Positions 12,764 through 23,729 of a stretch of 51,906 bases of DNA are shown one piece after another. Positions within the stretch are counted from its first letter, which is position 1; each line of letters starts with the position of its first letter. The DNA comes from Octopus bimaculoides. Its lineage: Eukaryota. The notes beneath the pieces are model-generated. The model was given only the letters and a program-made list of their open reading frames with translations, was not told the DNA's origin and did no database searches. The stretch spans positions 887,021 through 938,926 of the forward strand of contig NC_068991.1 in NCBI RefSeq assembly GCF_001194135.2, given 5' to 3'. The position numbers and the translations under genes were made by a program.

Positions 12764-12857
12764 AAGTAGATATCTATTTTGCAAAACTCTGTGAGAGGGA
12801 TTAAATACAAATGGTTTGGTGAAATATTTTAATCCACAACTGATCATTGCAGAAGAT

Positions 12858-14012
12858 TCAGAGGCTGTAATACTTCTCCACGTAATGAATGCATTCGAAT
12901 ATCACCTCAACTAAGATGAGAATTATAATCATCCATTCAAGACGAGTGTGGTGTTTGTCGTTGAGGTGACTGGACAAGAGTTCGGTCAACTCGCAGCAAT
13001 GTTTGAGTTTTTCGTTAATGACTTTGGTTCGACGGTTGATGCTAAGATAGTTAGCCATCTTCTGATAGAGGGGCTCCAGATTCTCGCGGTCCCAATAAAA
13101 GTCGGGGGTGTCCAACAAGTCTGAACTCAAATTAATTAAATGTCTTAATGTGAACAGTTCCCCGGTCATTCGGAGAATCTGGTCCCGGGACACACGGATT
13201 CGTTTACCCAGGCGAACATCTTCGATGACTGGCTCGATAGTATCGACGAATCGAACCAAAGACTCTTCCCAAATGGCTAACTTGACGGACAGCGAGAGGG
13301 CATTCGAAAAAGCATATTTCACGAGGGAATCGAACTGATCGGCGACGTTGATATGAATCACATCTTTCTCAAGACAAGTCTTACGGTCGGCACTGTAATC
13401 ATATTTCAGGCATTCGTTCTCGGTCAAATACAAAGACGAAGCGTAAGGAGAAGCCGAGTATTTCTCGATGGAATGTAGAACTTCATTCCTTTCGGTCACA
13501 GACATATTCCAAAAGACAATGGCACCTTCACGGAAGAGGAAGATCTCACGTTCTTTGTTGTCAATCTTGTAAACAGCTTTCAAATGAAGGCCATCGGTCA
13601 CATCTGTTGGTAAAGCCACCACTTCATACAGAGCTTGTTTCACGAATGCCTTCGACAATTCCTCCAGTCTGATATCCTCTGATATCGCATAAGCCACAAC
13701 ATCCAGTTTATCGACGTCAACAACTTCGACGTTTTTCTTTCGTGGAGTCATTTTACTTGTGAGTGGGGACACGGGTTTGGTCCTCGCCGCCGCCGCCCAT
13801 ACATTCGTTCGGTGGTGAAAAGCTGATCTAAAATTCTTGTTAATCCAACCAAATTTAAATAAATGTTCTTTGACAAAGTTCACAGGTTGAATAACTTTGC
13901 TTGTAAAGTCTGTTGGGCCACGGACGGAATGGTGCAGTGCCTTCTTACCGGGGGCTAGAAACGATCGACTCCTCCTTATTAACTGTAAAGGTCCCCTGGT
14001 GAAATTATTCAT
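12858..14012 (-). CDS. RMND1: Required for meiotic nuclear division 1 homolog (DUF155, mitochondrial inner-membrane protein), single coding exon, 384 aa
   Basis: Uninterrupted ORF with FLFREGAIVFWN, YAFSNALSLSVKLAIWE, LRHLINLSSDLLDTPDFYWDRENLEPLY and RLEWMIIILILVEVIFE. Basic N-terminus resembles a mitochondrial presequence. In-frame stop upstream of the ATG. Confidence 0.96.
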   Translation of the reverse strand: MNNFTRGPLQLIRRSRSFLAPGKKALHHSVRGPTDFTSKVIQPVNFVKEHLFKFGWINKNFRSAFHHRTNVWAAAARTKPVSPLTSKMTPRKKNVEVVDVDKLDVVAYAISEDIRLEELSKAFVKQALYEVVALPTDVTDGLHLKAVYKIDNKEREIFLFREGAIVFWNMSVTERNEVLHSIEKYSASPYASSLYLTENECLKYDYSADRKTCLEKDVIHINVADQFDSLVKYAFSNALSLSVKLAIWEESLVRFVDTIEPVIEDVRLGKRIRVSRDQILRMTGELFTLRHLINLSSDLLDTPDFYWDRENLEPLYQKMANYLSINRRTKVINEKLKHCCELTELLSSHLNDKHHTRLEWMIIILILVEVIFECIHYVEKYYSL

Positions 14013-14118
14013 GATGTTTTCTCTGTAGAAACCTTATTCAAACTGCTTGGGTCCAACATGTGTTATACGGTGGCTGACATTGTTAGCTGTTCGGCAGTTA
14101 ATCACAAACTCGGCTCTG

Positions 14119-14123
14119 ATTGG
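14119..14123 (-). promoter_or_regulatory. CCAAT box upstream of RMND1
   Basis: CCGCCAATCAGAG on the minus strand, about 110 bp 5' of the RMND1 ATG. Confidence 0.4.
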
Positions 14124-15328
14124 CGGAAATAAATATTTTAACTCTGTCATTTATACTTCTTCAGGCAAGTTGAATAAATTCAAAAGATTTTAATTAAAAA
14201 ATTATTTTACTGTAATATTTTTATAGAAATTAATTTATCATGATATATTTATAAATTTTCTAGATCCTTCTTGTTATTATAAATTAATTCGTTCGATAGA
14301 AAGAAGTCATTTTTCAATAAACCCATAGCTACGAGATGAGACTATGAAAGCGTCCTTAGCAACAACCGCTTTCGTCGTAAGTCGCCGGACTTCACCGTGT
14401 CCTGTCTTAAACAACTAACGGTGATGACAATGATGATTTTAGACTGACCCTTGATTAGAAACAGGGAATGTTGACGTCTTAGGAACACGTATTTGTACAA
14501 AATGTGGTCATGCTATAAACAATAATAAATTGTTTACAACAATTTTCTTTGTTTATTGTAGCATCGACCCAAGATGGATTTAAAGGCTGCGATAAGAAAA
14601 TGGAACTAAGCAGCACAGGTTTATTGAGGGTTTTGCTTTAAAAAGTTTCTCAAATACAGGTGTCAACGAATTCGTACAAAGAAAATAAACACAAATCAAT
14701 TACAACAAAGTTTCGAGATAAATGTGCTGCACGTGCAGTGTTGTGTATATAGGCGAGGGGTGAGCGCGCATGTATGTAAATGTGTGTTTGTATGTGTGTA
14801 TGTATAAACACGTGTTTGTGTATGCGTGAGACGCAGGAATGTGTTATACTGTGGGGCACCCATATACGAACGGTTCTCAAAATAAACAAATTGTGTAAAA
14901 AACAGTTTGACTGAAGAAAAGTATATTCACCCAACAAACTGAAATTTGAACAGCAAATGACGACAAGACTTCGCAGACATGCAAGGGCCAGGAGAGCCCA
15001 CACGAACGGCTTCTTAACTCCCATCTAGGCATTTCATGGGGATTGCAAATTTCCAACGTTTATATAGAAAATATTTTTCTCATTTTTTAAATTAAAAACA
15101 TAACCCCATGGATTGACAGAAGGAAAAGCAAGCACACACACACACACACACAATTAAAACTAAATGTGAGAGTTTGTCTTGCAACTCATGTTTCACACCA
15201 GCGTGATCTTAGTGAAACTCGAGGTGTGACACAAACTCTCACATTCAGATTTAATAATAATAAAACCATATCCTCTTCAACATGTATTGAGTACTTCTTT
15301 CTCATTTGAGCAACATTAAACAATGAAC

Positions 15329-15395
<67 letters not shown>

Positions 15396-15424
15396 NNNNN
15401 NNNNNNNNNNNNNNNNNNNNNNNN

Positions 15425-15460
<36 letters not shown>

Positions 15461-15809
15461 CCACCCACATGCACATATATGTACATACATGTATATATGT
15501 AAGCATTTGCTATTGGTGAAAAGATAAATAAAACATTTCATTGTTTTATGCAAAATTTGGAATGGATTACTCCTATTTTACTCATTGACACAATTTGGTT
15601 AACGAACTGGGCTACCCCAGGGTATACACATGGTAGAAATAGTGAGGTGTGTGGTAGGGTAGTGTTGTATCTATATCGTCTGTATACATTATAGAACACT
15701 TTCAAAGACATGCTGAAGGACGATTGTGCTTGAAACGGTTTGATCTTAGGTCTACTGGATCAGGACTGACCCAGGGTTTTACTACAACAATAACAACAAT
15801 AATACATAC

Positions 15810-16004
15810 CTCTGCCTCCGTCTCCAGGTAAGGACAGATCTTGAGAGTCTCATCTGCTGAACAGACATGCAACGTCGCATAACCACTGACAATATAAGCA
15901 TCGTAACCAGCCCCCAGCAGCAGGGAACACAAAATGGTGCAGTATTCAAAACAAGTTCCTCTCTGGCGTCTCAGAACTGTTGTCGGAGACAAAAGGGTTG
16001 CTGG
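15810..16004 (-). CDS. DRC7: DRC7 coding exon 4 (transglutaminase-like domain, Cys motif)
   Basis: PATLLSPTTVLRRQRGTCFEYCTILCSLLLGAGYDAYIVSGYA...ETEAE. ttttgcAG/GTATGT, phase 0/0. Confidence 0.95.
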
Positions 16005-16119
16005 CTGCAAAAATATTTTCACATGAATAAGCGTAGATGGTTGCTTGTATTAGTTGTACTACTATTATATTTACGTATTTGGTCAGTATTCCCCTGTACT
16101 ACATGGAGTCATATGATTT

Positions 16120-16330
16120 AGTGGTCAGGCTGTTGCACTCATGATTCTAAGATTGCAATTCCTTGACCAAGAGCTGCACTATGTCCTTGAGCAAAACACT
16201 TCATTTCACATTGCTCCAGTTCACTCAGCTGCAAAAGTGAATAATCCTACAGTCAACTAGCTTCCCATCCAGGGACAGAATACACATCTCACAGAATCCG
16301 GGAAACTGACTCCCGAAGGACCTGTGATCC
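16120..16330 (+). mobile_element. SINE family C variant
   Basis: TTGCTCCAGTTCACTCAGCTG core. Confidence 0.68.
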
Positions 16331-16620
16331 TTTTAAAAAATTTCACTACCAGTTGTAACACTGGCTATTATATCTACATATGTGGTCAGTATTTCATTGT
16401 ACTAGTTGTACTACTAACTGTTATATCTCCACACAACATACCAGAGTGGACAGCATTGTTGAAGTGGTGCCTCTGATCTCTGAGTGGACACTGTAAGAGT
16501 TTCTGAGAGAATCCACCAATCAATCAAACAAACAAACATGACTAAAACTGTGGCACCTAATTCTCTTTTTATTACAAATAAATAGAAAAAAAACAAGGAT
16601 TTTGAGACTCAGAACCTTAC

Positions 16621-16746
16621 CAGTTCATATGAAGGGTAGAGCATCTCTGGCTGAAGATAATCACTAACAAACAACGAAATGGTGTGCCACTGGTAGAGTT
16701 CCGGGTAAGGAAACAGGGTTGGTCGAATTGTTGTACACACCAGTTT
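16621..16746 (-). CDS. DRC7: DRC7 coding exon 3 (absent from the ORF track)
   Basis: 126 bp, phase 0/0: KLVCTTIRPTLFPYPELYQWHTISLFVSDYLQPEMLYPSYEL (cf. KFVSTTLRPTLMPYPELYNW..FVSDFL). cAG/GTAAGG. Confidence 0.95.
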
Positions 16747-16859
16747 CTGTTAAAGACAAAATATTGTAAATAGACACTGGGTAATATATTTAGTTTTGAG
16801 GGGTCATTTTTATTGGGTTAAAATAAAACAAAAATGCAATGAAATCTGTTAGGACTTAC

Positions 16860-17028
16860 TTCCACACCACACTCATTTTTTGGGAAGAGCAACAATGGTT
16901 TCCTATCACGATATAAGTAGATATATTGGCGTCGGAAGTTGTCTGCATATTCCAAGACCTTCTTTTCTTTTTCTTCATTCTGTTTGTAACTGAGAGGAAA
17001 TTCAATTCTCGAGAGATCTTCCAGTTCT
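16860..17028 (-). CDS. DRC7: DRC7 coding exon 2
   Basis: ELEDLSRIEFPLSYKQNEEKEKKVLEYADNFRRQYIYLYRDRKPLLLFPKNECGVE resembles vertebrate DRC7 LPISYKTN..ADNFSRQY..PLNEC. Acceptor ttttcgcAG, donor GTAAGT. Confidence 0.95.
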
Positions 17029-17649
17029 CTGCGAAAAGGAAGAATAAATTGATTGTACAACATGTGGCTATCAATTAGACAATAACATGTAGACAAGATG
17101 GCTGAAGGGTTAAGTAGAGAGGCTTATAACCATGTGGCCTCATGTGTGATCGCAGTGCATGTGCAGCACACACGGGATTAAGTGTCACATCTAACCCCTG
17201 GTCATAGTAATCGACCTTAAATAACATTCACAAAGATTCTCTGGCTGCTGTTTAGCCCCAGATCGGCCATGGTCCAGCAGACCTGTAACCAATGGCTTTC
17301 CACCCATGACCATCCCATCTCTTTTGAGGTTATGGACAACTACATTATTTAATGTGTCCTTCCTCATTTAAGACAGTCAGGTGTGATTCGAAGGTGATTT
17401 AGCTGCTACTTCTTTCCTTTTCATTGTTGTCATTTACTTAAGATATCTCACAAGGTGGTCAAGGCTGGAATGTTTCGATCAGGCTTGACCTGTGACTAAA
17501 CAACAACACAACCCACACAATCGCCAACCAGCACCCTACACAACAGACAAGACGAAACCCTGAAATATACCCGTGACAAACCAAAGCAGATGTAGCATAC
17601 AAACATGAATCTACATTTCCGAACGACCCTCAGGAATACAGGCAGAAGG

Positions 17650-17664
17650 GGCCACCTGGTGGCC
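17650..17664. promoter_or_regulatory. Palindromic CTCF-like motif GGCCACCTGGTGGCC
   Basis: Matches the CCACCAGGTGGC core on both strands; lies in a GC-rich patch of DRC7 intron 1. Confidence 0.4.
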
Positions 17665-17922
17665 GGCGGCGGCGGCGGTGAAAACTCGGATAAAACTATT
17701 GAAAAAGAGTAATTTCTTAACATAGACAATGACTTGATATTGCGTTGGGCCCTAAGACTTTGCTAATACCTTATTTTATCGCCCCCAGGAGGGTAAAAGT
17801 TGATAAACGAACTGCAACAGGATTTGAACTCAGAATGTAAACACTCGTAACTATTAGTACGTTCTGTTTTGTTCAATACCCACCCCTCCTCGGTCTATCC
17901 ATAATAAATAAGTGTCTCTTGC

Positions 17923-18188
17923 CTCGGTGTGTTGTGTGGTGCCTGAACTACGATCTTGGATAATGTTTCTATTAATCCCTCAAGTCCGCCGGTCGTTTCA
18001 CCACTTTCAAAATCTTCGGATTTGAATTCGTCCCCCATCTCCTCCTCATCGTCGTCCTCCTCCTTCGTCCTGACACTCAAAAGGGAACTCGACGCAACAT
18101 CGACTTTTTTATCTTTGGATTCAGTAACAGGAATCGAAACCGGTCCCTGTTTCATTTCTGAAACCCCTGGATCTGATACGGAGGCCAT
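17923..18188 (-). CDS. DRC7: Dynein regulatory complex subunit 7 (CCDC135), coding exon 1
   Basis: ATG at 18188, MASVSDPG...LIETLSKIVVQAPHNTPR. Ends at AG|GCAAGA (GC donor, phase 2), in frame with the next exon. Confidence 0.85.
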
Positions 18189-18361
18189 GTCAAAAAACGG
18201 GGGTAGGTCTTCGCTCGTAATCCAGTAATCAAGCTTTCTTCGTTAATAATTATGTGTGTGTGTGAATGTGTGGGGTTTTTTTGTATATCTATTTTCTTTT
18301 CTAGTATTTATGTTATTTATATACAGGTTGTCTGGACAAGAACAGCGCAGTCACGATGTGC

Positions 18362-18374
18362 GTTGCTAAGCAAC
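18362..18374. promoter_or_regulatory. RFX X-box GTTGCT-A-AGCAAC
   Basis: Perfect palindromic X-box about 175 bp upstream of the ATG of a motile-cilia gene. Confidence 0.7.
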
Positions 18375-18738
18375 ATGATGCCAAGATAATTGCAGTTGAA
18401 CGTGTTCTATTTAAACAACCGATATTCTGTTATTCTGGTTGACGTACGCGCGCTCGCGCGATGCACCCTGGTGACGGAGAAAGTGAGATTGGGATTCAAG
18501 GGAGGTAACTCCTCTATTAACTGTGAAATTTTTCAGGAACCGAACGACTATTGTATGACACACAACGTCCCCTTTATGTAACACAACGTCCCCTTTATGT
18601 CTCCTTTTAAAATCAAGTCAGAAGTTGGCCACTGGGACAAATTGTAATTTTTTTCAGATCAAAATGGTTTAATCATCAAAGATTATGAAGCAGCAAAAAA
18701 AGGAAATAAAATGCCTCTCCACATTTACAATTACCAGC

Positions 18739-18771
<33 letters not shown>

Positions 18772-19051
18772 GCAAACCAGTTCTCTTGACATTGCTCACA
18801 TCTTCCAGGTTAACCTCTCCCCTCCCCACCCCACACACACATCTCATCTGTCAGATTCGTTTTGACATCTTAACATACCTTGGCAGTGAGAATTACCTGA
18901 GAAAATTACTGACAATTGATGTATAGGTGGTGGTGGTGGTGGTGGTGGTAGAGGTATGATAGTGGACTTGGTAGAGGGGTTAATATTGTTAATAATAATT
19001 CTGGTGGTGGTGGCAGTCGTGGTGATGGTTCTGCTACTGCTGCTGCTGTTA

Positions 19052-19084
<33 letters not shown>

Positions 19085-19239
19085 AGACACTCAGTCAGCC
19101 CAGATCAACATCACAACACACACAGAGTGGGATGGAAGACACAAAAAGTAAGATTTTAATAGAGTTCATTCTCTTTATTCATTTTTAACTTTGTATTCTG
19201 ATGTATATGTACATACACACACACACACACATGCATATC

Positions 19240-19271
<32 letters not shown>

Positions 19272-19420
19272 CATGCATGCATGCACACACACAAATGTAT
19301 GTAAAGCTATATATATATATATATGTATGTATATAATTAATAATAAAAGGGTAAAATTAATTAATTAATCAATTAGTTAATAATTTTACCAAGTAGTTTG
19401 GTATGTTAAAATAACCTTTA

Positions 19421-19462
<42 letters not shown>

Positions 19463-21589
19463 ATGTATACATATACATACACATATATATGCATGTATGT
19501 CGATATGTTGTCAGTGGATTTGGTAGATGGAAAGTGAAAAGTAGATGTTTAATCAATGATGAGGGTGATGAGGATGATATAGCTGTTCCCCTCATCATAT
19601 GTCCCCCTCTTTCATTACCATGTCTGTAAGAAAAAACTCTCTCTCTCTCCTAGTTTCCTTTGGTTATTCAATCCCTTTGTAAGCCCTTGAGCTTAGCAAG
19701 TTACAAAGTGACCCACTAGTGCTGGTACCACAAAGAAAAGTACCTACTGCACTGTTGGTGACATGAAGAGCGTACATTTGCAAAACCATTGCAAAACAGA
19801 CATTGGAACCTGATACAGTTGTTCAACAGGTTTGATCCTGTCAAACAGAAGAGTAACCCTTAGTCCCAGATGAATGGCTTAACTGTTTATTTAGATACAT
19901 GAAAGAATCAAGTCATTGAATGAAACTACCCAAAGCCCCTATGATGGTCCTGGTATGGCTATGAAGGTGATGACATGTCAGAATCAGCAGGTGTTGGTCC
20001 TCATTGTCACACTGAAGTTGTTGTTGTTGTTACTGTTGTTCATAGCCTGGACCTTGCTGAATCAATTCAACCATCCTAATGGCATTTGTTCACCAGAATT
20101 GTCTCTTTTCTTTGTCCACAGAGGACACGTCCCCAACAGGGGCCTCTGTCTCTTTCCCATGAAGGACCCGGCCACATTCAAGAACCTAATCATCTCTGAT
20201 TCATGGTGGTTAGCAATGGGAGTTACAACTGTGTCATGTCCTTTTGTTCCCTGGTTCAGATTTGAACCTGTCATCTTGATGTTGTCAGTTGACAGGAAAG
20301 AGAAAAGGAAAATGTGCAGCAGACCAAAATGGCAGGTTGACATTGCGACATAGCTTCCACTCGTGGCTGGCTTCCATTTAAGGCCTGGTGAAATTCATTC
20401 CCAGTGACCAGTTGTGGCTTGTATATACGAACACACACACACACACACACACAAGTGAATTAACTAGTACCTGTGTGTGGGAGGGGTGGAAGAGAGACAG
20501 GAAGTTGTTATTTTCTTAATGTCAATCAAGAATAGAAAAGAGAATTAAGATGACATGGAGTGGGGGGTGGGAAGGGTTGGTTGCCTCCACCACCATTTTC
20601 TCTCTCTCTCTCTCTCCCTTTCTCCCTCCCTCCACCTTTGTCCGTTTGTACCCCACTCCCACCAACGCTGCTTCATGGAAATGAGGTGGGACACAAGAAT
20701 CAATATTATGGCAACTAGGAAAAGAAAAATATATTACAGAGAAGATGATGATGACGATGATGATGATACTTATCAAGTTGACAGTGATAATGATGGTTGC
20801 ATTGTTAGTGGTGGTGGTGGTGGTGGTGGTGNNNNNNNNNNNNNNNNNNNNNNNNNNNNNNNNNNNNNNNNNNNNNNNNNNNNNNNNNNNNNNNNNNNNN
20901 NNNNNNNNNNNNNNNNNNNNNNNNNNNNNNNNNNNNNNNNNNNNNNNNNNNNNNNNNNNNNNNNNNNNNNNNNNNNNNNNNNNNNNNNNNNNNNNNNNNN
21001 NNNNNNNNNNNNNNNNNNNNNNNNNNNNNNNNNNNNNNNNNNNNNNNNNNNNNNNNNNNNNNNNNNNNNNNNNNNNNNNNNNNNNNNNNNNNNNNNNNNN
21101 NNNNNNNNNNNNNNNNNNNNNNNNNNNNNNNNNNNNNNNNNNNNNNNNNNNNNNNNNNNNNNNNNNNNNNNNNNNNNNNNNNNNNNNNNNNNNNNNNNNN
21201 NNNNNNNNNNNNNNNNNNNNNNNNNNNNNNNNNNNNNNNNNNNNNNNNNNNNNNNNNNNNNNNNNNNNNNNNNNNNNNNNNNNNNNNNNNNNNNNNNNNN
21301 NNNNNNNNNNNNNNNNNNNNNNNNNNNNNNNNNNNNNNNNNNNNNNNNNNNNNNNNNNNNNNNNNNNNNNNNNNNNNNNNNNNNNNNNNNNNNNNNNNNN
21401 NNNNNNNNNNNNNNNNNNNNNNNNNNNNNNNNNNNNNNNNNNNNNNNNNNNNNNNNNNNNNNNNNNNNNNNNNNNNNNNNNNNNNNNNNNNNNNNNNNNN
21501 NNNNNNNNNNNNNNNNNNNNNNNNNNNNNNNNATGCATATACATACAGAAATATACATATTTATATTTATATATCTATGCATGTGCATA

Positions 21590-21630
<41 letters not shown>

Positions 21631-21757
21631 CATATATATATTCCTTTTTTTAATTTCAGATAAAAATAAAGAAATTGACTAAATTCTTGGATTATATCCT
21701 TGTTAGAAGATCATTTCACTTTCTCAGATTATTTCCTTGTTACTGAATTAAAAGAAG

Positions 21758-21882
21758 ATGGAAGGGTCTCAGAAGATAATCCTCTTCTGGATGCTGATGT
21801 CAGTTATGGTGATTCTTATCCCTGGACATCGGATCAACACAGCGTCAAATTTTTACCATTCTAGTATCATCGAAGATGAAAA
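21758..21882 (+). CDS. MCFD2: MCFD2-like secreted EF-hand protein, coding exon 1 (signal peptide)
   Basis: MEGSQKIILFWMLMSVMVILIPGHRINTASNFYHSSIIEDE: hydrophobic N-terminus. AA|GTAAGT donor, phase 2. Confidence 0.8.
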
Positions 21883-22842
21883 GTAAGTTGCCAACATAAC
21901 ACAAACACAAGCCTGATGGGCAAACAGGGTCAACAAATGGGATAACAAACGAGAAATAAATGGGAAAGCATTAGCACAACACAGAGATGACATAAATGTA
22001 AAAATAGTATAACCCTGGGGACATGTTATGGGGATAAAATGGGGAATGGGGTAACAAGATATTTTGGAGGTAAAGTTTGTAGGGGTCAGTTTGTATTGAT
22101 AACTTTTTATATCAACTAATATATTTTGGTGGGTTTCCATGTTGGTTATAAAAGTTTCATGGTGAAGAAGTGAGGTGTGTCAGGTGAGTGGAATATGGAC
22201 CACATGGATGTAGTGTGGATCACATGACCCACAGCACATGGATGTGCTGTGGGTCAATTAGCTATTGAAAGTGATTGTGGATTGCCTTCAATAAGTAATC
22301 AACTTCGTTTTACTTTGCCCCAGGATCGAAGGAAAGTATCATTGAATCACTGTTTTTGTGTCTCTTGACTGGAATTTCTCACAAATCTGTTTGCACTCTG
22401 CTCGACATCTACATGAGAAACGTCCACAGGATGAATTCTGCAGTATTACGGTGTTCTTATAATACATGCGTGCACACACACACACGTGTGCTAAGTCAGA
22501 CACTGGAGCTTGGCAAACTCCCTTGGCTTACCAGTTCCTATCAGACCATCCAGCATAGAAAACAGACATTAAATAATGATGATGATGCTGTATGTATGTC
22601 TATATATGTTTGTGTGTGTGCAAACTAATAACCTCTAAATTAATATCGGTTACCAGTCATATATCGAGATGTTCCATCCTAAATAATCACAAAGCATTTT
22701 TATTACAACTGTCACTAAAGTAGTAGTAGTCATAGTAGTAGTAGTAGTGGTGGTGGTGGTGGTGGTGGTGGTGGTGGTGGTTATGATGTTGATAACTAAT
22801 GTTGTTTTCACTGATGTTGTTGTTCTTGTTTTGTTGTTGCAG

Positions 22843-22926
22843 ACATATCAGAAGTCATTTACAAGAAATTACCAATATTGGCGAAAAGGAACTGAGTCCT
22901 GAAGAAATAGAATTCCATTTCTTCAA
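22843..22926 (+). CDS. MCFD2: MCFD2-like exon 2
   Basis: HIRSHLQEITNIGEKELSPEEIEFHFF(K), cf. MCFD2 HIMEHL..EMSPQELQLHYFK. ttgcAG/GTAAGA. Confidence 0.88.
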
Positions 22927-23214
22927 GTAAGATTAAATATAGTGAGTGTGCGTGTGTGTGAGTGTGTAGCATTTCTTTACTCTTTGTCTGCCACCAAGCC
23001 TAGAAAATCTTCCTCAGGAAACTCCCTCCAGCCCATGCAAGCATGGATAAGTGAATATCAAAATTAGGTTTCTGCTGCTGATGATGATGGTGGGGATATA
23101 CACAGCACCTATTATACAGACCAGTGTGTGGATCAGGTCTGTTCTATAGAATACCCCCCTTCCCCCACCGCCACCAAACACTCCTCTCACTCTTTCTTTC
23201 TTTCTCTTTTCCAG

Positions 23215-23399
23215 GTTACATGACTTAAACAATGACACGCTGCTCGATGGTCTTGAAATCCTGGCTGCCTTGTTTCACTCGCAGCCAACAGAAGACATAG
23301 TCCCAGGGCTAAGTGAACAAGAAATGAAACTCAAGTCCCGAGATCAAATCAAGAAGATCCGTAAAGAGAGGCAGGAGAAAGTGATTCATTATTATACAG
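23215..23399 (+). CDS. MCFD2: MCFD2-like exon 3 (EF-hand 1 plus insertion)
   Basis: LHDLNNDTLLDGLEILAALFH... (cf. [21 protein letters not shown]). ttttccAG/GTAATA. Confidence 0.9.
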
Positions 23400-23729
23400 G
23401 TAATACTACCACCACCACCACCACCAGCCTCACCGCTTGACAATCGCCTCCTAAAAATTTCCTGCGTATTATACTCAAGGGCAGACTATACTCGAGAATT
23501 TACAGTGTATATATATATATATATATACATACACACACACATATAAACTGATGATGATACTGACATAAATATCTGTATATACACACACAACACATTCATA
23601 TGCTTAATTTAGAGGAAACTAAAATTTCCGTAATAGTTATTCAGAATTCCTCATCATTGATCTTTAGCCAATTATTGGAAATGTGTGTGTATGTAACACT
23701 ATTGATTGATTTCTCTCTCTCTCTGACAG

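Noticed and set aside
20062-20343. Minus ORF with FMGKR and TKKR, resembling a neuropeptide precursor
   Set aside because: No signal-peptide exon, no repeated peptide motif and no known family match. Dibasic sites are plausibly chance, but worth one RNA-seq look.
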